Assembly: GCA_964016885.1 (NCBI GenBank)
Contig: OZ024742.1
Coordinates: 42,904,001-42,968,000, forward strand
Direction: 5' to 3'
DNA length: 64,000 nt
From: Eledone cirrhosa
Taxonomy: Eukaryota
In this document: piece after piece, positions 51,601 through 64,000 of the stretch
How positions within the stretch are numbered: the stretch's first letter is position 1
Layout: each line of letters begins with the position of its first letter
Made by a program: the position numbers and the translations under genes
The notes under the pieces: generated by a model
Database searches by the model: none
What the model saw: only the letters and a program-made list of their open reading frames with translations
Told to the model about the DNA's origin: nothing

Positions 51601-54591
51601 GGATCAGCGAACTAGTTAAGCGGGCGTTGACGGGGGCCATCGTCAACAACAAGTGATGGTTTGCTCTGAAAAGAGCAATTAGAATAGAGTCCATTAGGTT
51701 TAATAAGGCTTTAGCAATAGAGAAAAATAGAGCAGAGGGAGAATTAGTTAGAAAATTAGACGAGGCGCTTAGCAAAGGCATCGCGACCGACGTACTTGCG
51801 GCGAAATTGGCCCTTGACCAATTCTTCAATGCAAAGCACGAACGCTGCGTTGTCAGAGCTAGGGTGCCTGCTCGCAGACACGAGGGGACGAAAGCCGTTC
51901 AATGTGCCCGAGTGGCGGAGGCGCGTCGTAGCAACAAAGCCACGATCCGGTCTTTGGTGGACCACGACGGGCGCATGCTACTCGATCCCGGGCAAATGTG
52001 TGAAGCTTTTCAGCGACACTTCGCTCAGCTGTTCTGGGGCAGCGGTGGGCCGGGTCGACGGATGGACTTTAGTGTCTACCTCGACGGACTGCCGCGGCTC
52101 TCGGCCACTGAGGCGAAGTGTTGCGAAAAGCCGATAACAGCCGCTGAAGTAAGGGAGGCAATGACTGGCTGCACAATGAGTAAATCGCCTGGTTTGGATG
52201 GTCTGCCTTATGAACTTTACGTACAGATGCCAGACTTGTTCGGAGACCTCTTGGCGGACGTCTACTGCAACTGGCAACAGAACGGGAGAATTCCCAGTTC
52301 TATGAGCCGAGGAGCGGTGGCACTGCTGAGAAAGGATCCGAACAATGGGGATAACATAGATAATTTCCGGCCCATAACTCTGCTAAACACAGAGTTCAAG
52401 ATTTTGGCCAAGGTGCTAGCAAAGAGGTTGGCGCTTGTCGTTGGTGGTCTGGTGGGAGAGGCGCAGACATGCGCCATTCCCGACAGATCCATCCACGACA
52501 ACCTCCACCTCATGCGATACATCGTAGAGAGGGTAGCTAGGGAACCTGGCACGGGTGGGTCCTAGATCAATTTAGATCAGTCGAAAGCTTTCGATAGGGT
52601 CGACCATCGTTACCTAGCGGCAGTCCTGAGGGCGGATGGCTTTGGGCTCGTCTTCAGAGGCTGGATCGCTGCCATGCACAGCGACATCTGCTCTGTGGTG
52701 AGAGTGAACGGTCACCTTTCGGAACCGTTCAACATCATGCGCTCGGTCCGCCAAGGATGTCCCCTCTCGTCCCTCTTGTACGTATTGACTCTCTAGCCAT
52801 TACTGCACAAACTGGAGACGTTGAGGGGCTTCCCGTGCGAACTAGGATGCTGAAGATCCGTGTCAGCATATGCGGACGATGTCACCGTAGTGGTGTCGAA
52901 CGCCAAACACATCGAGGCGATCGGCACTACACTAAGAGAATACGAAGCGGTGACAGGAGCAATGATCAACCAGGAAAAGTCAGTGGGCCTGCAGCTCGGC
53001 ACCTGGAGAGGCAGGTCCATGCCGTCCAACAGCGTCGTCGGACGCTGGACGGACGGACCGGTTAAATTGCTAGGGGTCTGGTTCGGTCCGGACCTCCAGA
53101 CGGACAAAAACTGGGACGAGGTGACGAGCTACTGGAAGCTAAACGCGTCCTTACCAGCGTGCAAGGCTTACAGAGACCGGATTAGCGAACTAGTTAAGCG
53201 GGCATTGACGGGGGCCATCGTCAACAACAAGTGGTGGTTTGCTCTGAAAAGAGCAATTAGAATAGAGTCCATTAGGTTTAGTAAGGCTTTAGCAATAGAG
53301 AAAAATAGAGCAGAGGGAGAATTAGTTAGAAAATAGGACGAGGCGCTTTGCAAAGGCATCGCGACCGACGTACTTACGACGAAATTGGCCCTTGACCAAT
53401 TCTTCAATGCAAAGCACGAACGCTGCGTTGTCAGAGCTAGGGTGCGTGCTCTCAGACACGAGGGGACGAAAGCCGTTCAATGGGCCCGAGTGGCGGAGGC
53501 GCGTCGTGGCAACAAAGCCACGATCCGCTCTTTGGTGGACCACGACGGGCGCATGCTACTCGATCCCGGGCGCATGCTACTCGATGCCGTCCAACAGCGT
53601 CGTCGGGCGCTGGACGGACGGACCGGTTAAATTGCTAGGGGTCTGGTTCAGTCCAGACCGCCAGACGGACAAAAACTGGGACGAGGAGACGAGCAGGGTG
53701 GCTTCTCTCACCCAGAAATGGGCCGAGGGAAGCTATCCCTGAAAGGTCGAGCGGAGGTGGCTAACGCGTACATCGCGTCCGTCATCTACTACTCCCTGAC
53801 CGTCGTACCTTGTCCTAAGCCCCGCCTGACTGCGCTAGAGCGTTTGCTCTTTCGCTTTTTGTGGAAGGGACGCGCTCCGATGGTCAGGCGGTCCATCTGC
53901 TGTCAACACCCGCTACGTGGAGGGCTGGGCATGCCGTGGCTGATGATGCGCAGACATGCGCTTAGGCTACGACATCTCCACCTCTTCCTCGACGGTGATC
54001 AGGTGTGGTCGCCGTTTGCTAGACACCTCTTTCCCCAGCTCGTCTCCTTGACGGAGCTGCAGTCCTGGGTCAAGCGAAGACCGAGAGGGAGCGCTTGGAG
54101 ACTGGAATGTCTTCAGGCGCTCACAGCCCTCGACCAATCGGGCAATGTGATCGGTGGAAACTCCACCTTGGCGTTCTATAGAGGATTAGTGGAGGGAAAG
54201 AGCGACGACGTACTTGGAGAAACTCATTTGAAAAGGAAAATCAGGGTAGAGAGGGAAGTGCTCTCTTCCCAGCATTTTGTTGAAAGATGGGTGAGAGAAG
54301 CAAGTATGGCCCGAATGAATGGGCCTTCTCTGAGTATGTGTCTGTAAATTAAAGGTGGAAAACTGGGAGAGGGCACTTGCCCTGGTGGTCAGGGTCACTG
54401 TGGTCTTTTAATGGGCTTTCTCCACAAATGTCCCTTGGAAGTCTCCCCCCTATTGGGGAATTTTTCTTTGTTATTTTATTTCAACCTCTGTTTTTTTTAC
54501 ACGCAGAAATGCCCATTTGTACCGTCCTGTATTGTCCTGTACTGTCCTTAATGTCTACTTTATGTGAACCCTTGTGGTTAATAAAGAAAAC
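48610..54591 (+). mobile_element. Full-length degenerate Tx1 family B element (ORF1 about 48822-50784, ORF2 about 50818-54347) between (ATT)n tracts
   Basis: CVVCGEGTHLRAFC knuckle, APE motif GDWN and RT motif YADD, with stops, an internal duplication and a deletion. Confidence 0.92.
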
Positions 54592-54651
54592 ATTATTATT
54601 ATTATTATTATTATTACTATTATTACTATTATTACTATTATTACTATTATT

Positions 54652-55003
54652 GGTCGTTGAAGTGAATGGACGTACTATCGTGAGCTCGAGTAAGTTTGTT
54701 ATTTCTACGGTTTTAAATAAGTTTATTAATATTTTTCTTCAAAAGAGGAATAAGACTTTAGTCTTTGTCCTCAAGAAAGGACTCCTCATATTATTTGGGT
54801 CTTTTGGCCCAAATATTTAACCTTTGTGTGTTTAAAAGAAAATGTTTATCAAAAACAAGAAAAACATGGCGGAGTCACGCTCCCCAACTTTGCTGTCGTG
54901 CGACAGCGAGTCAAACGTTGAGATTAATAACGCTGTTCCTTCCACAACAATTTTAAAATATAACAACACATCAGGCAATATCGCCAACACCAGCACCACC
55001 AGC

Positions 55004-55065
<62 letters not shown>

Positions 55066-58000
55066 CACTAATATAAACAAAAAACACAACACCAACAACA
55101 GCAGCAACAGCGAAATTACCAAAAGCAGTAAAAACACAGCCGTGAACAAGAACGACAACAGCACCAGCAACAACGACAGAAACACCTACAACAACTGCAA
55201 TAATAACAACAACAATAGCAGTAAGAACGACAACACCAACAATGACAACACCAACAATGACAACACCAACAACAACAGCAAGAACGACAACACCAACAAC
55301 AACATCAAGAACGACAACAACGACAACTATATCAACAACAACAAAAGCAACAGTAACGACGAAACCACACAGGAGATAAGAGCCGCCAAAGCTACACAAT
55401 TCGCGAAGGCTGCCAAAAATGTTGAACGTATACGCGTCAGTGACATAGAGATAAGGCAGGCCAAGGTGCTGGTAAAAAAAAAAGGACACAGGATAAACCT
55501 CACCCACCCACCCGAGGTCATGAAAAACTGACGTTTGTGTACGGTCTGCACACTTGGACTGAAATCGCGCCGGGTGGAACGGGCGACAGAGTCGCATGTC
55601 CAAAGGGCTATGGGTGCTGTCTGGGCACAGAAAACTTACATAGCCCGAGGATCGAAGTATGGCACAGTGGATGTTCTCTTCGCTACACCCGAAGAAGCCA
55701 GAGCACACCCCATTACACCACTACACAGTGACGAATTATTGTGGCCAGAGAGTCGCGAGGGTCCAAGTGACACAGGCTCTGCCCTCATTGGAGATTGTTT
55801 GGCTGGTGGCAGCTGTCCTCGCTGACGTCGAGGAGTCAACAACAATCCTAGACGTCATGCGTATAAGACAGGAAAACTGGTCAGGCTCCGGGATGGAGAT
55901 AATCATCCAATCAAACCATGAAAGCATAGAGGCCATCCTAATGTGATCAACCTGGATGACGGCAGCCATCTGCCTGTGTCTGTCGAAGGTAGGCGCACAA
56001 GGTGTCACGAGTGCGGAGACAAAATACACCTTAGCGCTTTCTGCCCCAAGCTCACCAAGGCGGGCACGCGCTCCCCCTTCTCTTACGCCATGCGCTGTGA
56101 CTGGAGTGGCCAAACCACCCAAGGTTGCAGTAGAAGAAAAACTACCAGTACCAGCGACACCAACGACAAAAAAACCATCTCTTCCACCACCAACAGCGCT
56201 AACAAGACCAATGGAGAGCATGTCCCTTCCTGGTATCGCTAAATCTGATAGGGAGTGTGATGACGCTGAAGGGTGGAAAGCCATCGCAGCGAAAAAAAAG
56301 AACAGAAAGAACTCCCTACCTTTGCCCTCCAAAAAGAAGAAGAAGAAAAAATCAACGACCCCACCGCCATCACCATCAACAGCCACACTCCTACAACCAT
56401 CACCCCCACCACCGACAGCAGCAACACCACCACCACCACCACTGCCATCATTATCATCTACCCAATCGTCTCCTCCAGCAACACCACAGCAAATACAGAA
56501 AGTACCAACATCCCAAAAGCAGACACAATACACAGCTATAGACACAGACAACATAAAGCTTCTAAATTACATTCAACACCACACCAACATCACAGAAACA
56601 AACTACGTACAAACCACCAAAATTGCACCTCCCACACACATAAAAATAATTGAAATCTCTCAAAAGAATTACACAATATTAAAGAAAAAGTTCCCGCGGC
56701 AATTGGAGACTATCGAGGGAACCTCACCAAAAGAATTTATTCTGACATTCTCGTGGAGAAATCCACCACTGGTCGGCGGGATGGATCACCCACCGCCTTC
56801 CTAAAAAAACGCCAAAGGTAAAGTGTTTTTACTTTTCCCCTCTCATTTTTTTTCCTCCTATCTTAGCCAACATGGCTTCTCTCGGAATAGACAGTATAAA
56901 TGCACGTGACCAAGGGTCGTCTTTAAAGCGGAGCCATCTGCTCAACGATCTGACGTTGCTAAACATAGATGTGGTGGCCATCAGCAAGACCAGAATCTCT
57001 GAGGCACGGGCATTCGCACCCATTTTCGGCGGCTACGAGCTGTACACATCTCCAAGACGTCCTGGATCTGAGGAAGGAGTGACTGTGTTGTTCCGGAGAA
57101 GTCTGGATCTCGAGATACGAACTATCTTCTTAGACCCAGAAGGTAAGTTGGATGTGACCAGCGGAGAAGGACAAGCTTTCAGGCTAGTGGCCGTCTATGC
57201 CCCAACAGGAGCAGGACGGCCTGACTTCTTCCTGCGCTTGGAGACCTTTCCTGGAATGTCCTGCTCTTTAGTGTTAGTGAGCGACTGGAACAGGATCTTG
57301 GATACACGTTGGGACTGTGTGGGATTCGCGAATAGGGGAGGAGGGTGTAAAAGCCTCGAAAACTTGCTCAGACGTTTTCAACTGTCTAACAGGTATCGTC
57401 TGGTTTTCCCGAATGAGCCAATGTGGACATGGACAAACTGCATCAGGTCATCCAGGTCGTATCTAGATAGGGTATTTTGTATGGAAATAGATAGGTCTAA
57501 CATAGGCTGTTCACAATTCAAGATTCAAGTTGGCTACACGGACCACAAATTCATGATCTGCGTGGTTGACTTAGATAGGCTTCTTAGACAAGGACCCGGA
57601 TACTGGAAACTAAACGCGTCGTTGACCGTGTGCAAAGCCTGCAGAGACTGGATTAGCGAATCAGTCGATGGTCTGCCGCGGCTCTCGGCCACTGAGGCAG
57701 AGTGTTGCGAAAAGCCGATAACATCCGCTGAAGTACGGGAGGCACGATGGGTAAATCGCCTGGTTTGGATGATCTGCCCTTCGAGCTTTATATACACATA
57801 CCAGATTTGTTCGGCGACCTCTTGGCAAACGTCTACTGCAACTGACAACAGAGGAGCGGTGGCGCTGCTAGGAAAAGATCCGAACAAGGGGGACAACATA
57901 GATAATTTCGGGCCCATAACTCTGCTAAACGCAAAGTTCAAGATTTTGGCCAAGGTGCTAGCAAAGAGGTTGGCGCTTGTCGTCGGTGGTCTGGTGGGAG

Positions 58001-58167
58001 AACCAAAGACATGCGACATTCCAGACAGATCCATCCACAACAACATCCATCTCATGTGATACATGGTGGAGAGGGTAGTTAATGAACCTGGCATGGGTGT
58101 TTGATCAATTTAGATCAGTCAAAAGCTTTCGATATGATCGACCATTGTTATCTGGCGGCGGTCCTGC
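54652..58167 (+). mobile_element. Degenerate Tx1 family B-related element: 5' UTR, ORF1, and the APE/RT start of ORF2; 3'-truncated
   Basis: Asn/Thr-rich N-terminus, CHECGDKIHLSAFC knuckle, ORF2 from 56872 with an internal deletion. Confidence 0.9.
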
Positions 58168-58291
58168 TGGATATAGAACGTGTAGCAACAAAGCCGGTGC
58201 CCTAGCATGGCTGGAAACAGATAAAACAGTAAAAGAATATATTTATATATTTATATGTGTGTGTTTGTGTGTGCGTGCGTGTATGTATGTG

Positions 58292-58344
<53 letters not shown>

Positions 58345-58347
<3 letters not shown>

Positions 58348-58747
58348 CACGTTCTATATCCAGCATGTGTTGGTTGGCCATTATTGGCCGTTTCTACTGC
58401 TCTTAGGTTACCTTCGTTCCGTGATGTGGGCTCATCTGGGATCCTATATAGCAGAGTGTCAAGATGTTTCTTGAAAACATCCACATCCACACCATGCAGA
58501 TCTCTCAAATTTCTTGGAAGCTTGTTGAAGAGTTGAGGGCCTTTGAACCCCAGGCTATTGCAATATCTGCTCCTTACTCTAGATGTGAAAGATAGGACCT
58601 TTGGCATGATGTTCAACGGTTCATAAAGGTGACCGTTCACTCTAACCACAGAGCAGATGTCGCTGTGCATGGCAGCGATCCAACTCTGAAGACAGGTCCA
58701 AAGCCGGCCGCCCTCAGGACCGCCACCAGATAATAATGGTCGACCAT
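58345..58747 (-). mobile_element. Inverted segment: Tx1 RT piece (58600-58747) fused to a CR1/L2-group LINE 3' end (58345-58600)
   Basis: HSDICSVVRVNGHL (Tx1) followed by NSLGFKGPQLFNKLPRNLRD..FKKHLD..IPDEP (CR1-group C-terminus). Confidence 0.75.
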
Positions 58748-58750
58748 AAA

Positions 58751-58827
<77 letters not shown>

Positions 58828-58831
<4 letters not shown>

Positions 58832-59198
58832 TATTTGATGAACATTTACATGTTATAGTTGCAATTGACTAATAAGATCGCTAGAGTGAAAAATCTTAAT
58901 TCAACAACACAACATAAGGTCTGCCTGTACGATCTAGAAAATAATAAATCAATACTCACAGACTCATATGGGCAAAAAGGCTTTTTGCCCATATGAGTCT
59001 GTGAGTATTGATTTATTATTTTTTAGATCGTACAGGCAGACCTTATGTTGTTGAATTAAGATTTTTCACTCTAGCGATCTTATTAGTCAATTGCAACTAT
59101 AACATGTAAATGTTCATCAAATATTAATTTATACTGCTCAGAAGCGATTCCTAGAGCTGAAATGATTGTAAATGACCTCTTTGAGTCTAAACTCTAAG

Positions 59199-59204
<6 letters not shown>
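58828..59204. mobile_element. Fold-back element in (TA)n; arms 58828-59128, centre 58980, tail to 59204
   Basis: Near-perfect 300-bp palindrome with one 5-nt indel; no clear hammerhead. Confidence 0.8.
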
Positions 59205-59239
<35 letters not shown>

Positions 59240-59242
<3 letters not shown>

Positions 59243-60696
59243 TTGCGAGGTTTTTGATAGGAAATCGTGTGTCGAAACAAATATTGTTATACTTGGGGAG
59301 GGTCATATTTGTGTAATAATATTGCCAGAATTAATAACAGAACACACTCACTGTTTGGTTGGTTTTCGCTTTTCGCTTCTGTCTCTTTTATATCGGTTAA
59401 TTTAATTTATTCGGTCCTCAATGTTGCCATTGACTGACCAACGGTCAAAAATACAGATACAATATAAACACAAACACATATATATAGTCTATCAAAGTTC
59501 TTTCGTTGCACATCTGCAACATCGTCAGTGGTGCTATTGTTTCCTCCCATTGCATTGTATGTCTACGCCATCTTTATTTAGTCTGTTTATATATTTATTT
59601 ATTTGTTTATTTTTTTGTCTTCTTTGCGCATGCGTTTGCGTGTGTGTATAGTGTTTTGTTTGATGTGTGTTCGTGTTTGGGTGACTGTGTATTGGTTAAT
59701 GTATTCTATCTTTACTAGAGTGTGTTTATATGTGTTTGTTGTTATTGTGCTTGTGTATGTATTTATTTATTTATCTATTTATTTATTTATTTATTTATAC
59801 TGCTCTTAGGTCAGTGTTGTTTGTTTGGGTGTTGTTGTTATTCCATTCATTTTTTTCTGTTTAGCCTTCTAAGTTCTATTTCACTGGCCTCTCTGATTTG
59901 CCTATCTGCTGTGTCATTTCTATGTTTACATATTATTCTAATTTCTATGTTGTCTATGTTACCGTCCTGTTGTTGTCTGGCATGTTCGTATAGTACTGAA
60001 CCGTTGTTTCGTCCTTTTAGTTCCCCCCAGTGTTGGTCTATCTTTCACCTATGCTACGAGCTGTCTCGCCTATGTATGTTGTTGTCATGTTTCTGCAAGT
60101 ACCCTCTGTACATCTTATGCTATAGACTACGTTTCTAGTTTTACAGTTTATCCGGGGGTTTACTTTACATATGATACATTTTCTATTAGTACAGTGGGTT
60201 TTCTTAAAAGGGTAGGTTTTGCTGATCAGGGATTTTATGGTGGTTCCTGGATTTTCTACCACCATAATCTTTAAGTGGGTCTTTCTCAGGGCCTTTCTAC
60301 ACTGGTTAGCTAATTTCCCTCCAGGGGTACCGTCCACAAACATGACACTCAGGTATCTCTGGTTGTCGTACCTTGAGGTGGCTTTCCCTATCTTATGTCT
60401 AGCCCTATCTAAGCTATTCCATGATTTGCTCCTGTATAATAGGCAAATTCCTTTCATGTCCAGTTCTATGAGGGTCTTATACTTCTCCGTGGCTCCTTCG
60501 CTCATTCGTATACTCTTGTTGACCGTTGGTCAGTCAATGGCAACATTGAGAACCGAATAAATTAAATTAACCGATATAAAAGACACAGAAGCGAAAAGCG
60601 AAAAGCGAAAAGCGAAAAGCGAAAACCAACCAAACAGTGAGTGTGTTCTGTTATTAATTCTGGCAATATTACACAAATATGACCCTCCACAAGTAT

Positions 60697-60703
<7 letters not shown>
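59240..60703 (-). mobile_element. 5'-truncated PLE-3 (Neptune-like) with inverted terminal arms 59281-59448 and 60519-60703
   Basis: ORF remnant from 60505 to about 59800: MFVDGTPGGKLA..C..C..C..CKTRNVVYSIRC..YIGETARSIGER..RQIREA..LNRKNEW. Confidence 0.88.
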
Positions 60704-60788
<85 letters not shown>

Positions 60789-60797
60789 ATATATATA

Positions 60798-60846
<49 letters not shown>

Positions 60847-60899
60847 ATATATATATAGATGTATATATATGTATATATATATACATGTATATATATATA

Positions 60900-60944
<45 letters not shown>

Positions 60945-61479
60945 ATATATATACATGTATATATATATATATATATACATGTATATATATATACATGTAT
61001 ATATATATATACATGTATATATATATATATGTATGTATAAATATATACATATATATATGTATGTATGTATATATATATATATGGATGTATATATATATAT
61101 ATACATATATATAGAGAAGACATAAGATTTCGCTTCAAGCATAGCTTTATACAATATGTATAGAAATTTTAGGAAGCTGTAGCTATGCGAACACCGGGGC
61201 TGACGCCCTCTGGTGTTGTCCAGCAGAAGTAAGGAAGACAACCGTCTATGCAGGCTTGACTGGCCATCGTCAGGACGATCCCTGCTACTGCTGGACTTGA
61301 AAACAGTGAAGAACATATAGTTTTCTGGTCGGTGTAAATGAGGTGATTAATCTCATGTGCATATGAAGCTGCATAAGTTGGTTCAACTTATAATAGAAAT
61401 AGGATTTCGTTTCAAGCATAGCTTTATACAATATGTATAGAAATTTCGTATTTCGAAAGAAATAGGATTTTAGGAAGCC

Positions 61480-62190
61480 GTTCTTAGCCATCCTTAGCCA
61501 TCCTTAGCCGTCCTTAGCCGTCCTTAACCATCCTTAGCCACCCTTAGCTCATAATCTGTGTTTCAAGTTTGAAGGAAATTGGTTGAGAGCTTTAAAAGTT
61601 ATGGCAGAAAATATTCATATGAGCATTTGCATACAAATTTCCTATTTATTTTAAAAAAATCGATACAGACTGGAAATTTTCGATTTTTTAAAACTTCAAA
61701 GTACGTAAGTAATCAAATGGGCACGAGCCCCACACACGTGTCAAGATTCATCAAGATCGGTTTGGTAGTTTTTGAGTCTTAGGTTCACAAACAAATCCAC
61801 AAACAAATACACACACTAACAGACAGAAATTGCCATTTATGTATATAGATAGGGGGTTTAACCCCTATTAGGGTGTTTTAATATTATTGAAATTTGCTGG
61901 AATTTTGTGAATAGGCATCATATCTTGTCATTTACCTATGGTTTAAATTTCATATAAATCGAGAGGAAAAGATTTTCAGCGGCGGTTTTCAGCGGGAGTT
62001 TGAGACCCCGGGGAACCCCTTGATTAAAATGAAATATATGTAAGAAATCAAATGGGCATGAGTACCACACGCGCGTCAAGTTTCATCAAGATCAGTTTGG
62101 TAGTTTTTTAGTGTTAGGTTCACAAACAAACAAACACACAAACAAATCCACAAACACACTCACTAACAGACAGAAATTGCCATATATGAA
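61480..62190. repeat. 10-bp tandem repeat (TCCTTAGCCA) x7 followed by two copies of a Helentron/DINE-like unit
   Basis: 61712-61850 matches 62047-62187 (GTCAAGTTTCATCAAGATC..(CAAA)n..CAGACAGAAATTGCC). Confidence 0.55.
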
Positions 62191-62672
62191 TGAAAAATGA
62201 CGAGCTGTGTTGTTGCAAATAGGATATATATAATAAATGAAGAATTAGAAATAGAAGCCAGGAATATCCGTCATCAGTGGTCTACTAGCATCATAGGTAT
62301 TTCTTCGCATTACAGACCATATACCTCAAGCTAGGGCGATACAATAACTAAATTAAGTTATTGGGATAAAAAGAGTTCTTCCTCACACTTTCACTCACTC
62401 ACTATCAACCGTCCATCGGTTTCCCACCAAAACACTGCACAATACCTACTGAGTTAGACTCACACTGCTAAAAAAACTTCTCTGGGTTTGGTTAAAATAA
62501 ACTTAGGGACATACAGCCTATCACTGAATAACTACCCCCCTTAGTGGGTTATGTCCCTTTCACCGACGCCATTGTGTTTACACTTTTTCGGGCAAAATGC
62601 AGGGTGATGTAAAGTTGGAGTAATAAATTCTCAACGGTATCTATACTTACTGATGTAATCATAAAAACTTCT

Positions 62673-62712
62673 GCCTCTGAAGAGCCCTTCTGGGCGAAAC
62701 ACGTGTAAGAGC
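62673..62712 (+). ncRNA. Minimal type I hammerhead ribozyme
   Basis: GCCT-CTGAAGA-GCCC-ttct-GGGC-GAAA-C-acgt-G-TA-AGAGC; canonical core with a palindromic loop III. Confidence 0.88.
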
Positions 62713-62781
62713 TATGTAAAGAATTGTTTTAACGGCTTGTAACTCCTTCATTCATTCATTCATTTGCTTATATATATATAT

Positions 62782-63154
<373 letters not shown>

Positions 63155-63199
63155 ATATATATATGTATATATATATATGTATATATATAGATATATATG

Positions 63200-63260
<61 letters not shown>

Positions 63261-63347
63261 GTGTATATATATATGTATATATATATGTATATATATATGT
63301 ATATATATGTATATATATATATATGTATATATATATGTATATATATT

Positions 63348-63384
<37 letters not shown>

Positions 63385-63429
63385 GTATATATATGTATAT
63401 ATATGTATATATATGTATATATGTATATA

Positions 63430-63484
<55 letters not shown>

Positions 63485-63503
63485 ATATATATATATGTAT
63501 ATA

Positions 63504-63553
<50 letters not shown>

Positions 63554-63559
<6 letters not shown>

Positions 63560-63984
63560 ATTAAATAAATGGAAACTATATTTATAAAACCATATTTATT
63601 TCATTATATATATTTCGGGGATATCATATTAACAATATGCTATGCCTTCCTCAGACAAAATACAATATAAACAGTTTTATAGATAAATAGATTCGACATA
63701 CCGTTATAACACCGACTTGCATTTCAAATGCAAGTCGGTGTTATAACGGTATGTCGAATCTATTTATCTATAAAACTGTTTATATTGTATTTTGTCTGAG
63801 GAAGGCATAGCATATTGTTAATATGATATCCCCGAAATATATATAATGAAATAAATATGGTTTTATAAATATAGTTTCCATTTATTTAATATTGTAAATA
63901 TACTCCAAATATTTGTCGAGTGCCTTTATATCAGTTATAAATATTTACTAGTTGTAACCCAACAATTTTAAATATAACTTTCCA
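63554..63984. mobile_element. Fold-back PLE family X, copy 4; arms 63554-63896, centre 63725, tail to 63984; hammerhead at 63788-63853 and its mirror
   Basis: 343-bp palindrome with a 1-nt centre; same termini as the other three copies. Confidence 0.9.
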
Positions 63985-64000
63985 TATATATATATATATA

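Overview
Eukaryotic, AT- and microsatellite-rich DNA made almost entirely of retroelements. I find no host exon, rRNA, tRNA gene or CRISPR array. The SINE type and repeat landscape suggest a mollusc, probably octopus (inference only). Contents: (1) L1/Tx1-clade LINEs in head-to-tail arrays, one family sitting in (ATCT)n and another in (ATT)n, including a near-intact copy at 1-4870. (2) R4/Dong-type RLE LINEs in (TAA)n. (3) Several Penelope-like element (PLE) families with RT, GIY-YIG endonuclease and type I hammerhead ribozymes, all sitting in (TA)n. (4) tRNA-type SINEs, a mariner fragment, a Tigger-like MITE and minisatellites. The most striking signal is about 11 insertions, from about 7 sequence families, with one shared asymmetric fold-back design. 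Two inverted copies of the element 3' region point outward into (TA)n. Where a hammerhead is visible, one arm ends about 18-50 nt after its cleavage site, at a point shared by all copies of that family, and the other arm carries a further 40-90 nt tail. Sizes run from 0.18 kb hairpins to a 3.2 kb palindrome nested inside a 10.5 kb inverted PLE. All alignments and RNA folds were done by eye, and coordinates are approximate to a few bp.
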